In this document: positions 33,801 to 44,295 of the stretch, one piece after another | Position numbering within the stretch: the first letter of the stretch is position 1 | Layout: each line of letters begins with the position of its first letter | Source: Lepidodermella squamata | Lineage: Eukaryota > Animalia > Gastrotricha | Direction of reading: 5' to 3' | NCBI GenBank assembly: GCA_047495785.1 | Contig: JBLDXI010000015.1 | Coordinates: 1,736,001-1,800,000 of the forward strand | Length of the DNA: 64,000 nt | Position numbers and translations under genes: made by a program | Notes under the pieces: model-generated | What the model saw: only the letters and a program-made list of their open reading frames with translations | Told to the model about the DNA's origin: nothing | Database searches by the model: none

Positions 33801-34647
33801 AAGATGAAAGCGCCGAGCATTGTCATTCAAGAGTCTCATAAATCCCCAAGTATTCAAACTGATTTTTTCGAAATTTTCTCCCAAGTGAATTTGTGGAAAA
33901 ATTGATTGGTTTGATTATTTTCTGGCTGAAATCAATTGATCATTATCATTTGGTAAAATTTCAGCTCGCACTCATTTTTGTTTGAAATTGTGATATTTGG
34001 CAATATTGTTAAAAGTGTGAGTACTGGAATGCTAAATTTAGCTCTTGTTACACCATTTTTATTAATTTGATGATGTTTTAATATTCTGTTATTTTTTGCA
34101 GTACGTTATCAACTTCAGAACCGAAGAGCGAGAACGACTACGCCGCGATTTCGCCGACCCGAAAACTGGCAACGACGACTTGAACACGTCGTCCCGTTTG
34201 TTTCAAAACCCAGAAGAGGACGAAGAGCGCCGTCTGAGATTCGCGAATGTCGAGCGCATGCACAACCGCGAGGACATGTCCCTAGCCGGCGCCCTCGGCA
34301 ATGAAGCCCTGAAACCGCTGTACCGAGGCGCGAAGCTGGAAGCCGGTCTGTCGGCCGCCCTCGAGCAAATCGAAGTCGCGCTGGATAAATTCACGACGAG
34401 CGACGACGAAGATCGAGGCAGGGCGTTGCTGCGAAATGCGGCTCAGCAGCTGCTGGAAGCTGCTGGCGAGTCGTCGAGCAATCGGGTTGAAAGGCAGAAC
34501 GAGTCGGTTTTGGCGCGCAAAATGGCGACGTTTTCGCCGAAGAAGCAAGGCGCGGCTGCGGTGGCCCGTGAAGAACTGCGCGCGTGTGTCTCTGAGCTGC
34601 GGCGGGACTTGCACAGGCGGCGGCTGATTGCTGAGCAGCCGATGTGA
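30818..34647 (+). CDS. TBC1D31: TBC1 domain family member 31 (WD40 + Rab-GAP TBC + coiled coil)
   Basis: Exons 30818-30894, 30958-31140, 31198-33100, 34102-34647. N-terminal MQS...SGHIW and VDHIGNVFKFD, WD repeats, TBC motifs YGAFPNRLRPLIWRLLLRLPRNH, ALAHWSPIF, CQHWFEYAPHPP, WLRVWDHIF, YPVFDRYPK. Confidence 0.9.
33358..33790. mobile_element. Foldback/MITE-like element in TBC1D31 intron
   Basis: Imperfect ~90-bp terminal inverted repeats (AAAATCCGGAGAAATT...GGGTTTTCCGGGTT versus AACCCGGAAAACCC...AATTTCTCCGGATTTT). Confidence 0.6.
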
Positions 34648-34974
34648 TTCATCAGATGATATTACTTTATGAATTTGATATTACACGTTTTCCGATTCGC
34701 ACGGTTTCTACCTCACGTTTTTGTATGATTTAACAGCTTTTCGCTACTGACCGTCACGTATTTAATGTTTCTAATAAAGACTGCAATTTTTTGACACAAT
34801 GTCTTCTTGTTTTCATATGTTGACAGCTTGAGTTATTTCCATTTGGTTCAGTTGAGACGTACGCCATTGAACATATTTCGAGTTATATTCGAAAAATATG
34901 TGGCTTATCCGCATTAACACATTTTTATTGGATGTCCGAAACAAAATTGAGATCGTTCTCATATTAAAAAGTCG

Positions 34975-35048
34975 AGGTTCCGGCGGGGTTCGAACCCGCG
35001 ACCTTCTGCGTGTAAAGCAGACGTGATGAACCACTACACAACGGAACC
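34975..35048 (-). tRNA. tRNA-Val(TAC)
   Basis: Reverse complement of consensus. Confidence 0.95.
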
Positions 35049-35114
35049 TGTTCATACTCGAGTTCAAATACAGATCCTTGAAGCCGTTCTATCGGTTTCT
35101 AGGTTGGAAAAAAT

Positions 35115-35186
35115 TGGAGATGCCGGGGTTTGAACCCGGGACATCTTACATGCAAAGCAAGCGCTCTACCACTGAGCTACATCCCC
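35115..35186 (-). tRNA. tRNA-Ala(TGC)
   Basis: Reverse complement of consensus. Confidence 0.95.
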
Positions 35187-35226
35187 AGATACTATCAGCA
35201 GCCAAGAATCCTCTTTTAACACTTAA

Positions 35227-35720
35227 CACTTTAACCGCCAAAAATAGACTGCGAGATCCGATATTTGGATCCAAATCCTGGGTCTGTCAAAAAGTCCTTT
35301 TTTCGGGTCAGCGCTGCGCCGTAGGGCAAAATGCCTGACGGCAAAATGTAGGCAATGATTTGGCGGTTCTTTTGACTCCGAATTCGGGACCACAAGGTCT
35401 GAGCAGGTCTTTGAAAATGACAGTGAAATAACGTCGAAATTTTGGATTAGAGCCAAAAATCAGACCCAATAATTGGACCTAATTATTAGACCCAGATTAT
35501 GGTGCAACAATCGAAATTTCAATGTTTTTCAAGTTTGATTTATGTGCGTTCCTTGATGTCTTTGGACCCAAATTTGGTGTCAAAAGAGCCGCCGGGTACA
35601 CTTTGCCGTCGGCCATTTAGCCCTACGACGCATGGTTGACCCGAAATAAAAGAAATTTTTACAGACCCAGGATTTGGATCCAAATATCGATCTCGCACTC
35701 CATTTTTGGCAGTTAAAGTG
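35227..35720. mobile_element. piggyBac-like non-autonomous element (TTAA TSD, long imperfect TIRs)
   Basis: TTAA|CACTTTAACCGCCAAAAA ... TTTTTGGCAGTTAAAGTG|TTAA; inverted similarity over about 170 bp; the empty site CTTTTAATGG is visible in the same spacer of cassettes D and G. Confidence 0.85.
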
Positions 35721-35764
35721 TTAATGGTAATGGAACCTTATCGCAGTTGGAAAAATGTTGGGCG

Positions 35765-35837
35765 AGGTTCCGGCGGGGTTCGAACCCGCGACCTTCTCCG
35801 TGTGAAGGAGACGTGATAACCACTACACTACGGAACC
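35765..35837 (-). tRNA. tRNA-Val(CAC)
   Basis: Reverse complement of consensus. Confidence 0.95.
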
Positions 35838-36019
35838 TGAGTATTAGGTGTCTCTGGCAACAAACAAATCGATAATTCTATCCAAGCAACAAATCCTCCT
35901 GAATTAGGATGCCATAGTCAAAAAAGTTACACTACACTACGGAACCTGGGTATCAGTTGCCTCTGGCACCAAACAAATGAATCATTTGAATTAGGATGCC
36001 ATAGTCATAAAATGGAAGC

Positions 36020-36093
36020 TGCCCCCTGTGAGGATCGAACTCACGACCTCCAGATTATGAGACTGGCGCTCTAGCCAACTGAGCCAAGGAGGC
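36020..36093 (-). tRNA. tRNA-Met(CAT)
   Basis: Reverse complement of consensus. Confidence 0.95.
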
Positions 36094-36172
36094 GCTTGTG
36101 GTCACCCTGGGTCCTATTCTGACTTCGTAATTGAACTATCGATTCATCAAAGCTGGGGAAAAACAGGAGCCA

Positions 36173-36244
36173 AGGCCCAGACGGGGATCGAACCCGTGAC
36201 CTTCTGTTTACAAGACAGATGCTCTACCACTAAGCTACTGAGCC
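36173..36244 (-). tRNA. tRNA-Thr(TGT)
   Basis: Reverse complement of consensus. Confidence 0.95.
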
Positions 36245-36313
36245 GGCTGATGGCTGAGTTTCATCAAGTTTTTTCTTTTGCTGAATCGAATTTCCAAATG
36301 GACAAAAAAGTAG

Positions 36314-36385
36314 CGACCCAGATGGGACTCGAACCCACAATCTCCGGCTCCGGAGGCCGACGCCTTACCATTAGGCCACTGGGCC
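36314..36385 (-). tRNA. tRNA-Arg(CCG)
   Basis: Reverse complement of consensus. Confidence 0.93.
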
Positions 36386-36539
36386 GGGTTACAAACTCAC
36401 AGGACTGAGTTATTCCCCATAATAAGCGATTTCAATCGGCATCCGATATCATTGTTCCCAAGTAATGATCGTTCTGAAGGTTTTCGTCTAAAGCTTTCGA
36501 TTCAAATATCGGACCAGCTATCAACTCGTTAGCCACCAA

Positions 36540-36621
36540 GCTGCTATGCCCGAGTGGTTAAGGGGTCTGACTTGAAATCAGATGCGGTCTCCGCGCGTAG
36601 GTTCAAATCCTACTGGCAGCG
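36540..36621 (+). tRNA. tRNA-Ser(TGA)
   Basis: GCTGCTATGCCCGAGTGG...TGGCAGCG; long variable arm. Confidence 0.95.
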
Positions 36622-36948
36622 ACTACATTTTTAGCTTTAAAAGTTGCGATCCGACATGTCAACCATGTCTACTCTCTAGTCAACGCGTGCAAGCCGTGAC
36701 GATTTTCTCCGAATTCGCCAAGTTATCGATTTTTCAAAAAATGCTCCGATTTCAGCCAAATTCGATGAAACACGGTCGAATATACTTTCAATGACAATAT
36801 TTTTGTTGAATACTTTGTCGATTCCTTCGAATGACTGAGAATTGAGAATGAATTATAGCCAAAGACGAATAAGGATGTTCACAGTAAAAACACAGTAAAA
36901 AGAACACAGTAAAAAACTAAGCTAAATGATAGATTAAAATACAAGTCA

Positions 36949-37022
36949 AGGTTCCGGCGGGGTTCGAACCTGCGACCTTCTGCGTGTAAAGCAGACGTGA
37001 TGAACCACTACACAACGGAACC
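36949..37022 (-). tRNA. tRNA-Val(TAC), T-stem mismatch variant
   Basis: GCAGG instead of GCGGG in the T stem. Confidence 0.88.
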
Positions 37023-37085
37023 TGTTGATAATACAGTTCAGACCTTTGTAGATGGAATTTCCTACAGTTTCTGGGTTTCAAAATT

Positions 37086-37157
37086 TGGAGATGCCGGGGT
37101 TTGAACCCGGGACATCTTACATGCAAAGCAAGCGCTCTACCACTGAGCTACATCCCC
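37086..37157 (-). tRNA. tRNA-Ala(TGC)
   Basis: Reverse complement of consensus. Confidence 0.95.
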
Positions 37158-37230
37158 ATATGATTTTAGGAGGCATGAATCCTACTTAGAATTGTACTCA
37201 AATCTCATCTGATTTTTAAAATGTTGGACG

Positions 37231-37303
37231 AGGTTCCGGCGGGGTTCGAACCCGCGACCTTCTCCGTGTGAAGGAGACGTGATAACCACTACACTACGGA
37301 ACC
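37231..37303 (-). tRNA. tRNA-Val(CAC)
   Basis: Reverse complement of consensus. Confidence 0.95.
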
Positions 37304-37371
37304 TGATGGGTATTAGGTGTCTCTGGTAACAAACAAATGAGCGAAACATGAATACATAGCAGTAATAAAAG

Positions 37372-37443
37372 TTCCCTGACCGGGAATCGAACCCGGGCCG
37401 CCGCGGTGAGAACGCGGAATCCTAACCACTAGACCATCAGGGA
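37372..37443 (-). tRNA. tRNA-Glu(CTC)
   Basis: Reverse complement of consensus. Confidence 0.95.
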
Positions 37444-37517
37444 GGATGAACATGAGTCTTGATTGAGATGTGACAGTCATTTGGAATTAGGATCCTGATT
37501 CTCAAAAAAGTTGAAGC

Positions 37518-37591
37518 TGCCCCCTGTGAGGATCGAACTCACGACCTCCAGATTATGAGACTGGCGCTCTAGCCAACTGAGCCAAGGAGGC
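37518..37591 (-). tRNA. tRNA-Met(CAT)
   Basis: Reverse complement of consensus. Confidence 0.95.
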
Positions 37592-37929
37592 GCTTGTGGT
37601 CACCCTAGATCTCATCCTCATTAGGCCGGGGTAAAAGGACTTCATGAGCCATTCCTCTACAATTTGTACTGGCACATTTGATACTTCGCTGGTGTCTGTC
37701 AATTTAATTAGCCGCGTTTATTTATTCCAATTTCAAGCATCTTTGCAATGTTAGCTTTTTTTAGTTAGAAATTATAAATTAGTTTACTTGAAATTACTTA
37801 CTATTTTTATTCTAACAAGGAATGAGAAATAAAAAACAATCCTGATATCGAGGTCAATATTCCCGCCGAAACCAGAAATGGGGCGACAGTTTAATCAATT
37901 GGAACCCGCAAACTTGTTCATTCCCATGC

Positions 37930-39003
37930 TCAAGATTGACGAGATGTACCAATCTTCAACGTAAATGAGAACGTTCGATACATGAGCCCGGCATACTCAG
38001 CATCTTCGTACATCGCAGAAGAAGACAACAGTTCCATTCCCGCAGTGATAGGTGCCAGTTCATCCAGGTTAGGGTTTTGCATGGCTTCCTCAAAACTGAC
38101 AGCTATCTTTGAGTTATCGTAATTCCAGGAAGCAGCTTTAATTGTGCAGTCGACGGTTAGATTAACGGATTGAGTAGACGGCATACACGGTACTTCGTGA
38201 TTTAGACGAGGCATCCAAATAACAAATCCGTCAGGGTAAACCCATACATCGGCATCCAACAAATTGTTCTTCTGATCAGCAGCTCCGCCATTGAAGCTAT
38301 TTTTAATACACTCATTAGGATCACATTTATCAGTCAAATACAGCAAACTAACTCATTGACGAATGTGATATCAGGCGTCCAAACTTTCCTGGCCGGCAGC
38401 GTGATAGAATCAACTTTTCCGAACGAAGATGGGTCCCATGTCAGAGCTGGATCATTCCACGTCATCTTTGGTCTCGATGCTATTTTTGCACGATTATTTG
38501 AATCTAAGCTGATGATTTGAACCAAATAGAGCATCAAAGTTACGTTGACAGCTTCAGAACTATACAGAGGGATCTATAGAGATAATCCTTGGGAAATTGC
38601 AAACAAATTACGCATTTGAGACAGGTCGTCCTACTGTACCCTGTTCTTCAGCTGTGCGAATCAAATACTTTGCCAGTTCACGTTCAGGTAATTCTGAAAA
38701 ATAAGATTACTTCAAATATAGGTAGAAAAGGCACCCAATTCCAGAACATTCGGTGAACTCTTGAGCGAGTTTGAAATTAATGGAGTACTCTAACTTTTAG
38801 GCAGAATGAAGTAAATATTTTGAAACCCCGTTGAAATATTACTGACGGAACTCTATACTATCAAGTTTCGCTCAAGTAAAGCGATTGATCTGGAGTATTT
38901 ATTAGGGTACCTCTCCCATCACTATTATTGTAGTAAGTGACTTACTGATTGCTAATGTTTGATAGATGATCGCTAGAAATACGGCCAGGTACAGTTTAGC
39001 CAT
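37930..39003 (-). CDS. Soluble Cys-loop receptor ligand-binding-domain protein (AChBP-like, ~237 aa)
   Basis: Exons 39003-38946, 38693-38612, 38559-38353, 38296-37930. Signal peptide; RPVSNASEAVNV, WNDPALTWDP, VWTPDI, C-x12-C loop, SWNYD; stop directly after beta10 with no TM helices. Confidence 0.85.
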
Positions 39004-40716
39004 GATGAGATATTTTCCTAGGTTTAATTATTCAATTAGTCAGGTTAAATTATCCTCGGTTAGATTGTGGCAATTGTCTAAATGGTGGACAAAATTAAAG
39101 CTTGTGGTCGGACTAAAAAGACCTAAATTCGCGAGCCTCTGGCCTTCAGATCGGGCCGGAAATGTTTCTATTAGAACAATGCCTCTAAAAAGAAATATCT
39201 TCTATCGGAATAGTAAAAGTGTCTATTTTCAAATGAAATGACTCATCATCCACTCTCAATTCTCAATCTCTTGCTCCTCGACTATATGGCGGAACGATGA
39301 AGCCCACCACGAACGGGGGCACAGCTTACATGGCTTATCTTCAGTTCTGATAACCGAACTAGAAGCTTAGCATCGGGAGATACGGCCAGTAGGAATCGAA
39401 ACAGTAAGACCTCTGCCGCGACTTTGAACCACAACTGCCTCATCGAACAGCGCTACATTCTTTGCCGAACTCGACAGGCCAAGTTGCTTCTGCCTGTTCG
39501 ATGTCGCATACTCCAAAGCTCCAATCGACCTTATTTGGCAACGAACGGGCTTGGATATCGTTCTAAACGCTAGAGGAACAGAATGATGCCGCAGATCGGT
39601 GGTGATGAATCTTTGTTAGTGGGCCAAAGTCAATGCATGGCAACAGGGCTTTGCCTTCGCTCCTTAGTAAAATGTCTTTATGACGGCGGAATGGTCACCC
39701 CAGTCTCGCTCGTAGCCAGCTAGTAGTGTAATTTCCATCGAAGTTGCTGAACAATGTTGAAAGACAACCAACGATAGTTCGCGATCGACCCTGAACAGGC
39801 ACTAACTAATGCAACAGTCGCGAATAGGCGATAAAATGACGTGCGCGTGGAAAAAAAATGCAACATAAGTCCACGAAACGACTTTTCGAGATGAAACTTG
39901 ACGAAACTTGTCTTGCAACATCGGAGTTGGCTGTAAATGATGTCGCCGATGCTTCAGTATAGGGAATCGACCCTGCTCTTTCGAATGAAGCAACCCCTTT
40001 CATGTAGGATTCGTACCTTGCCAATTATGAGGTTATCCGTGAAGTGCTAAGACCATTTACGAATGGTTTACGAAGTCGCTAGGAAGGGAATCTATGCGAC
40101 TTCTCGCTCTCGCCGTCGTTCAAACTTTCGTACGCCTCACCAACGCGAAACGGCAAAAAAATAAAACCAAGCGATGATGATGATAAATTATTCAAGATGA
40201 GAAAATGATTGCCTAATCTCACATGTCCAAATGTGGCGCTTTCATGCTAAAGTTAGCTCGTGAATAGCTCATTTTGCAGTCATGACAATAACGCAGTAGT
40301 TCCTCATCTCTGACGAACTTTCAGGACACACAGGACAGGAATCATTTGAAACATATGGAAACAACGTAATTCATATGATAACGTTTTAATATTAATAGCA
40401 ATAATCACTACGCCCGCATACGATGCGCATGCGTGGATTTGCAATGCTTGACTAGATCCATTTCACAGGAAAGCTATTGGTCCAGTAACCCCTGGGACCA
40501 ATCTTTCTATTTACCCGGTTGGTAACATTAGTTCCGTGAAGCTCGCTGCCGCATGTATTGCCTTTTGTAATTCAATCGAGTCTTGCAAGTCCCGCACTTG
40601 TGGAACCAAATGCCTTCGAGAGTTCATGAAGCGGTGTCAGCTACGTCGCCAAATACAGGTGGTAGAGCTCTACCACCTCTACACCTATCACTAAGCTACT
40701 AAAATCTGAAATCTGA

Positions 40717-40764
40717 ACCTTCCGCGTGTAAAGCAGACGTGATGAACCACTACACAACGGAACC
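40717..40764 (-). pseudogene. tRNA-Val(TAC) pseudogene, 3'-truncated
   Basis: T arm and acceptor 3' strand missing. Confidence 0.85.
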
Positions 40765-40840
40765 TGTTCATGCAGGAGATCAAATAATACAGAGCTTTGA
40801 ATATGGAGAATTCGATATCAGTTTCTATGTTTAAAAACAT

Positions 40841-40912
40841 TGGAGATGCCGGGGTTTGAACCCGGGACATCTTACATGCAAAGCAAGCGCTCTACCACTG
40901 AGCTACATCCCC
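40841..40912 (-). tRNA. tRNA-Ala(TGC)
   Basis: Reverse complement of consensus. Confidence 0.95.
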
Positions 40913-40986
40913 ACATGATTTCAACGGTTATAGATCCTCTTTTAATGGCAATGAAACCTTTATCGCAGTTGGAAAAATGTTGGACG

Positions 40987-41059
40987 AGGTTCCGGCGGGG
41001 TTCGAACCCGCGACCTTCTCCGTGTGAAGGAGACGTGATAACCACTACACTACGGAACC
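40987..41059 (-). tRNA. tRNA-Val(CAC)
   Basis: Reverse complement of consensus. Confidence 0.95.
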
Positions 41060-41129
41060 TGGATGCTAAGTAGCTCCGGCGTCAAACACTCGTTTAAAAC
41101 CTCAATCTTCTGCCAAGCTATAGCAAAAG

Positions 41130-41201
41130 TTCCCTGACCGGGAATCGAACCCGGGCCGCCGCGGTGAGAACGCGGAATCCTAACCACTAGACCATCAGGG
41201 A
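41130..41201 (-). tRNA. tRNA-Glu(CTC)
   Basis: Reverse complement of consensus. Confidence 0.95.
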
Positions 41202-41280
41202 GGATGAACATGGACTCTAATTGTGATATGACCTTCGTTTGGATAATTAGTTTGGATCCCATCGTCAAAAAAGTTGAAGC

Positions 41281-41354
41281 TGCCCCCTGTGAGGATCGAA
41301 CTCACGACCTCCAGATTATGAGACTGGCGCTCTAGCCAACTGAGCCAAGGAGGC
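41281..41354 (-). tRNA. tRNA-Met(CAT)
   Basis: Reverse complement of consensus. Confidence 0.95.
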
Positions 41355-41424
41355 GCTTGTGGCCACCTTGAGTCTCATTTCCATCTTCTAACTGAAAATC
41401 GAGCTCACAACTGAAAAAACCTCG

Positions 41425-41495
41425 AGGCTTAGACGTGAATGGAACGCGAGACCTTATTTACAACATCCCTGAGCTAATGAGCTCTTGGCTGAGCC
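41425..41495 (-). pseudogene. tRNA-Thr pseudogene, heavily decayed
   Basis: Thr slot with remnants AGGCTTAGACG...TTTACAA...CTGAGCC. Confidence 0.7.
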
Positions 41496-41561
41496 GGCAG
41501 ATAGCTTAACATTTTGATGACTCTTTTTCAATCGATTTATTCAAGAGAAAGAAAAAGTTAG

Positions 41562-41624
41562 CGACCCAGATGGGACTCGAACCCACAATCTCCGGCTCCG
41601 GCCTTACCATTAGGCCACTGGGCC
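41562..41624 (-). pseudogene. tRNA-Arg pseudogene
   Basis: 9-nt deletion removing the 5' side of the anticodon arm. Confidence 0.85.
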
Positions 41625-42199
41625 CGGATAGATGTCTGTTTTAAGTAACCTATTTCCCCGTAATTAGCATAATATGGCTAGCAATTTGGCTAGCAATCAT
41701 TACCCATTTCACTGCTTTTATTGCATCTCCATTGGCTAAATATTTATTTAATAGAGAATGTCCGAGGAAGGGACTATAACCGGGCTTCCCACGGCTTCCC
41801 CGGTAAGGCAGTTGCCTGGGTGCCCGATGAATATTATTGATACTTCGGACAAAAAGTACAGGGGGCTCTTACTATCAAAGGGCGCGCGGAAATCGTTCTC
41901 CTAAGAACAGCCAAAGACTCCCCCTTTCATTTTTTTCAATTTGATTTTTCAATTTTCGATCGGATATCATTTTCTATGTTTCAAGAAAAAGGTTATTCTG
42001 CGTTGCAGTGGCGGCAACGTGGCAAAAATGCGTGGGTGCGAGCTCAAACATTAATGCTGTTAAGAAGGAGAGTGGGATCAGAAAATCGCCGCTGTCAGTT
42101 TCTGGGGCCAATCTCCGGCACTGGCAAATCGGTTAGTGTTACAAGTTCAACATTTCGGATTTGACGGATGAATCGTCACAGCTAATTCAAAAATGTTAT

Positions 42200-42281
42200 C
42201 GCTGCCAGTAGGATTTGAACCTACGCGCGGAGACCGCATCTGATTTCAAGTCAGACCCCTTAACCACTCGGGCATAGCAGC
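42200..42281 (-). tRNA. tRNA-Ser(TGA)
   Basis: Identical to consensus. Confidence 0.95.
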
Positions 42282-42435
42282 TTGGTGGCTAACGAGTTGA
42301 TAGCTGGTCCGATATTTGAATCGAAAGCTTTAGACGAAAACCTTCAGAACGATCATTACTTGGGAACAATGATATCGGATGCCGATTGAAATCGCTTATT
42401 ATGGGGAATAACTCAGTCCTGTGAGTTTGTAACCC

Positions 42436-42507
42436 GGCCCAGTGGCCTAATGGTAAGGCGTCGGCCTCCGGAGCCGGAGATTGTGGGTTCGAGTCCCATC
42501 TGGGTCG
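42436..42507 (+). tRNA. tRNA-Arg(CCG)
   Basis: Identical to consensus. Confidence 0.93.
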
Positions 42508-42579
42508 ATAATTTTTTTATCCTCTTGGATCAACCGATTTGGCGCAGGAAAAATGTATTGAATTACTCAGCTATCAGCC

Positions 42580-42651
42580 GGCTCAGTAGCTTAGTGGTAG
42601 AGCATCTGTCTTGTAAACAGAAGGTCACGGGTTCGATCCCCGTCTGGGCCT
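42580..42651 (+). tRNA. tRNA-Thr(TGT)
   Basis: Identical to consensus. Confidence 0.95.
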
Positions 42652-42731
42652 CGGCTTCTCTTTTTCCCCTAGTATCAATAAATCGATAGTTCAATTAGGA
42701 AAAGAGAGCGGGACCCAGGGTGACCACAAGC

Positions 42732-42805
42732 GCCTCCTTGGCTCAGTTGGCTAGAGCGCCAGTCTCATAATCTGGAGGTCGTGAGTTCGATCCTCACAGG
42801 TGGCA
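42732..42805 (+). tRNA. tRNA-Met(CAT), U4.U69 mismatch variant
   Basis: 3' end AGGTGGC. Confidence 0.88.
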
Positions 42806-42901
42806 GCTTCAACTTTTTTGACTATGGCATCCTAATTCAGGAGGATTTGTTGCTTGGATAGAATTATCGATTTGTTTGTTGCCAGAGACACCTAATACCC
42901 A

Positions 42902-42974
42902 GGTTCCGTAGTGTAGTGGTTATCACGTCTCCTTCACACGGAGAAGGTCGCGGGTTCGAACCCCGCCGGAACCT
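42902..42974 (+). tRNA. tRNA-Val(CAC)
   Basis: Identical to consensus. Confidence 0.95.
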
Positions 42975-43553
42975 CGTCGATGATTTTTCCGACGTCGATC
43001 AAGTGATAGTTGCTATCCAGGGGAACTGTTCTCATCTTTTTTGGGTACAGTTTCAGTTTCTTTTGGAATTGGTGGGTAGGGAATAAGAGGAGCGCCGCAA
43101 GGTACAGTAATACCATATTTCGGTACTAGTAATGTTATTACCGACACGGATCAGCGGAAGTCTCTTTGCTTACACTTGAGAGCGAGTTCTAGTCCATATG
43201 TAAAGGCACACACACTATTTCCTTACTTGGATTGTGCGCTACGAATTCAAATAAGGAAATCCTCGATAAATCACCTTGAAAACATACAATTCCAACTCTT
43301 CCGTTTTTATTCATGTTTTTATACAATTTGTTACAATAACCAAAAGCCTTCTTGGTAGGCGACAACGCGTCATATTGCCAATTGAAGCCCTTAAACTACC
43401 ACGAAATGAAATACCACAAACTGAAGACGAAATATACTATATTAACACTGCTTTCAATTGGCATATCTGTAATGAGAGATGGAAATTCATTTGCGCAACT
43501 GCAGTATCTGCGACACAGCACGATTTGGTGAGAGCAAGTGAATCAATATGAAT

Positions 43554-44295
43554 TTAAATTTTATCAATGTCAATGCCGCCTTTTTGTTTCGTAGAAGATT
43601 TCTGGTACTGATTGTGGTAGCTAATGTCTTCTTCCTCGTCCGATTCAGAATCACTCGAGGGAAGCATACCGGCCAGCGCGTTTTGATTGCCGACTGGGAC
43701 ACCACCAGTTCGTGTCCGGCCTTCGTAGCCCGAAGTGCCTTCTCCCTCTGAGTCTGACCCAGATTCTGATTCCGAGCTACCTTCGGCTCCCTCTTCTTCG
43801 TAGTTGAAAACAATGTTATCGTCACCTCCGTCTTCCTCATTGATTTTGGCTGCAAACAAGATAAGAGCATGAGAAACCAAATTAAGAGATTATATTCAAG
43901 TTTACTTGTGTTAGGAATTTCATTCATTGACATCAGCTTGCGAGCTTCGTCGGGGGTGTATTTTAAAATAACATCGGCTTTGCCGTCTTGATACTCTCGG
44001 AGACCAATAAGGATAATATCACCGGTGTTGATCCAGACCTTTTTGCGGAGTTTGCCTCGGATGTGACAAAGCCGCTTTACGCCATCGAAACAACTGGCTT
44101 CAAGACGACCGTTGCCCAACATCTTAGAAACTTGCGCGTATTCTAAATGAATAACTTATTTAGTAAATAAGGAAGTAATAAATAAAAATACTCACGTTGT
44201 AGAGCATCGCGATAAATAAGTTCTCGCTTTAAATCCTCATTCTCGTTCTTACCACGACGACGATTTTTACCTCCCTTTCCCTTATTCTTCGGCAT
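43554..44295 (-). CDS. EIF1A: Eukaryotic translation initiation factor 1A with extended acidic C-tail (~210 aa)
   Basis: Exons 44295-44196, 44142-43906, 43849-43554. [45 protein letters not shown], terminal DIDKI. Confidence 0.95.

Larger units (their letters stand above)
34975..36621 (-). repeat. tRNA cassette copy E (inverted; Glu deleted; MITE insertion)
   Basis: Ser[+]-Arg-Thr-Met-(Val 5' fragment 35930-35946)-Val(CAC)-Ala-Val(TAC) read on the minus strand. Confidence 0.9.
36949..37591 (-). repeat. tRNA cassette copy F (inverted; Met-Glu-Val(CAC)-Ala-Val(TAC))
   Basis: Tandem with E via a linker homologous to the A-B linker. Confidence 0.9.
40717..41624 (-). repeat. tRNA cassette copy G (inverted, decaying at both ends)
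   Basis: psiArg-psiThr-Met-Glu-Val(CAC)-Ala-psiVal(TAC). Confidence 0.9.
42200..42974 (+). repeat. tRNA cassette copy H (Ser[-]-Arg-Thr-Met-Val(CAC); Glu deleted, 3'-truncated)
   Basis: Shares the Glu-less Met-Val spacer and the Ser-Arg spacer with copy E. Confidence 0.9.

Noticed and set aside
40449-40470. miR-279-like sequence TGACTAGATCCA
   Set aside because: Only the first 12 nt match and the flanks do not form a proper pre-miRNA hairpin.
41758-41851. Stem-closed region TGTCCGAGG...CTTCGGACA with internal hairpins
   Set aside because: No recognisable ncRNA or ribozyme core; more likely MITE debris.
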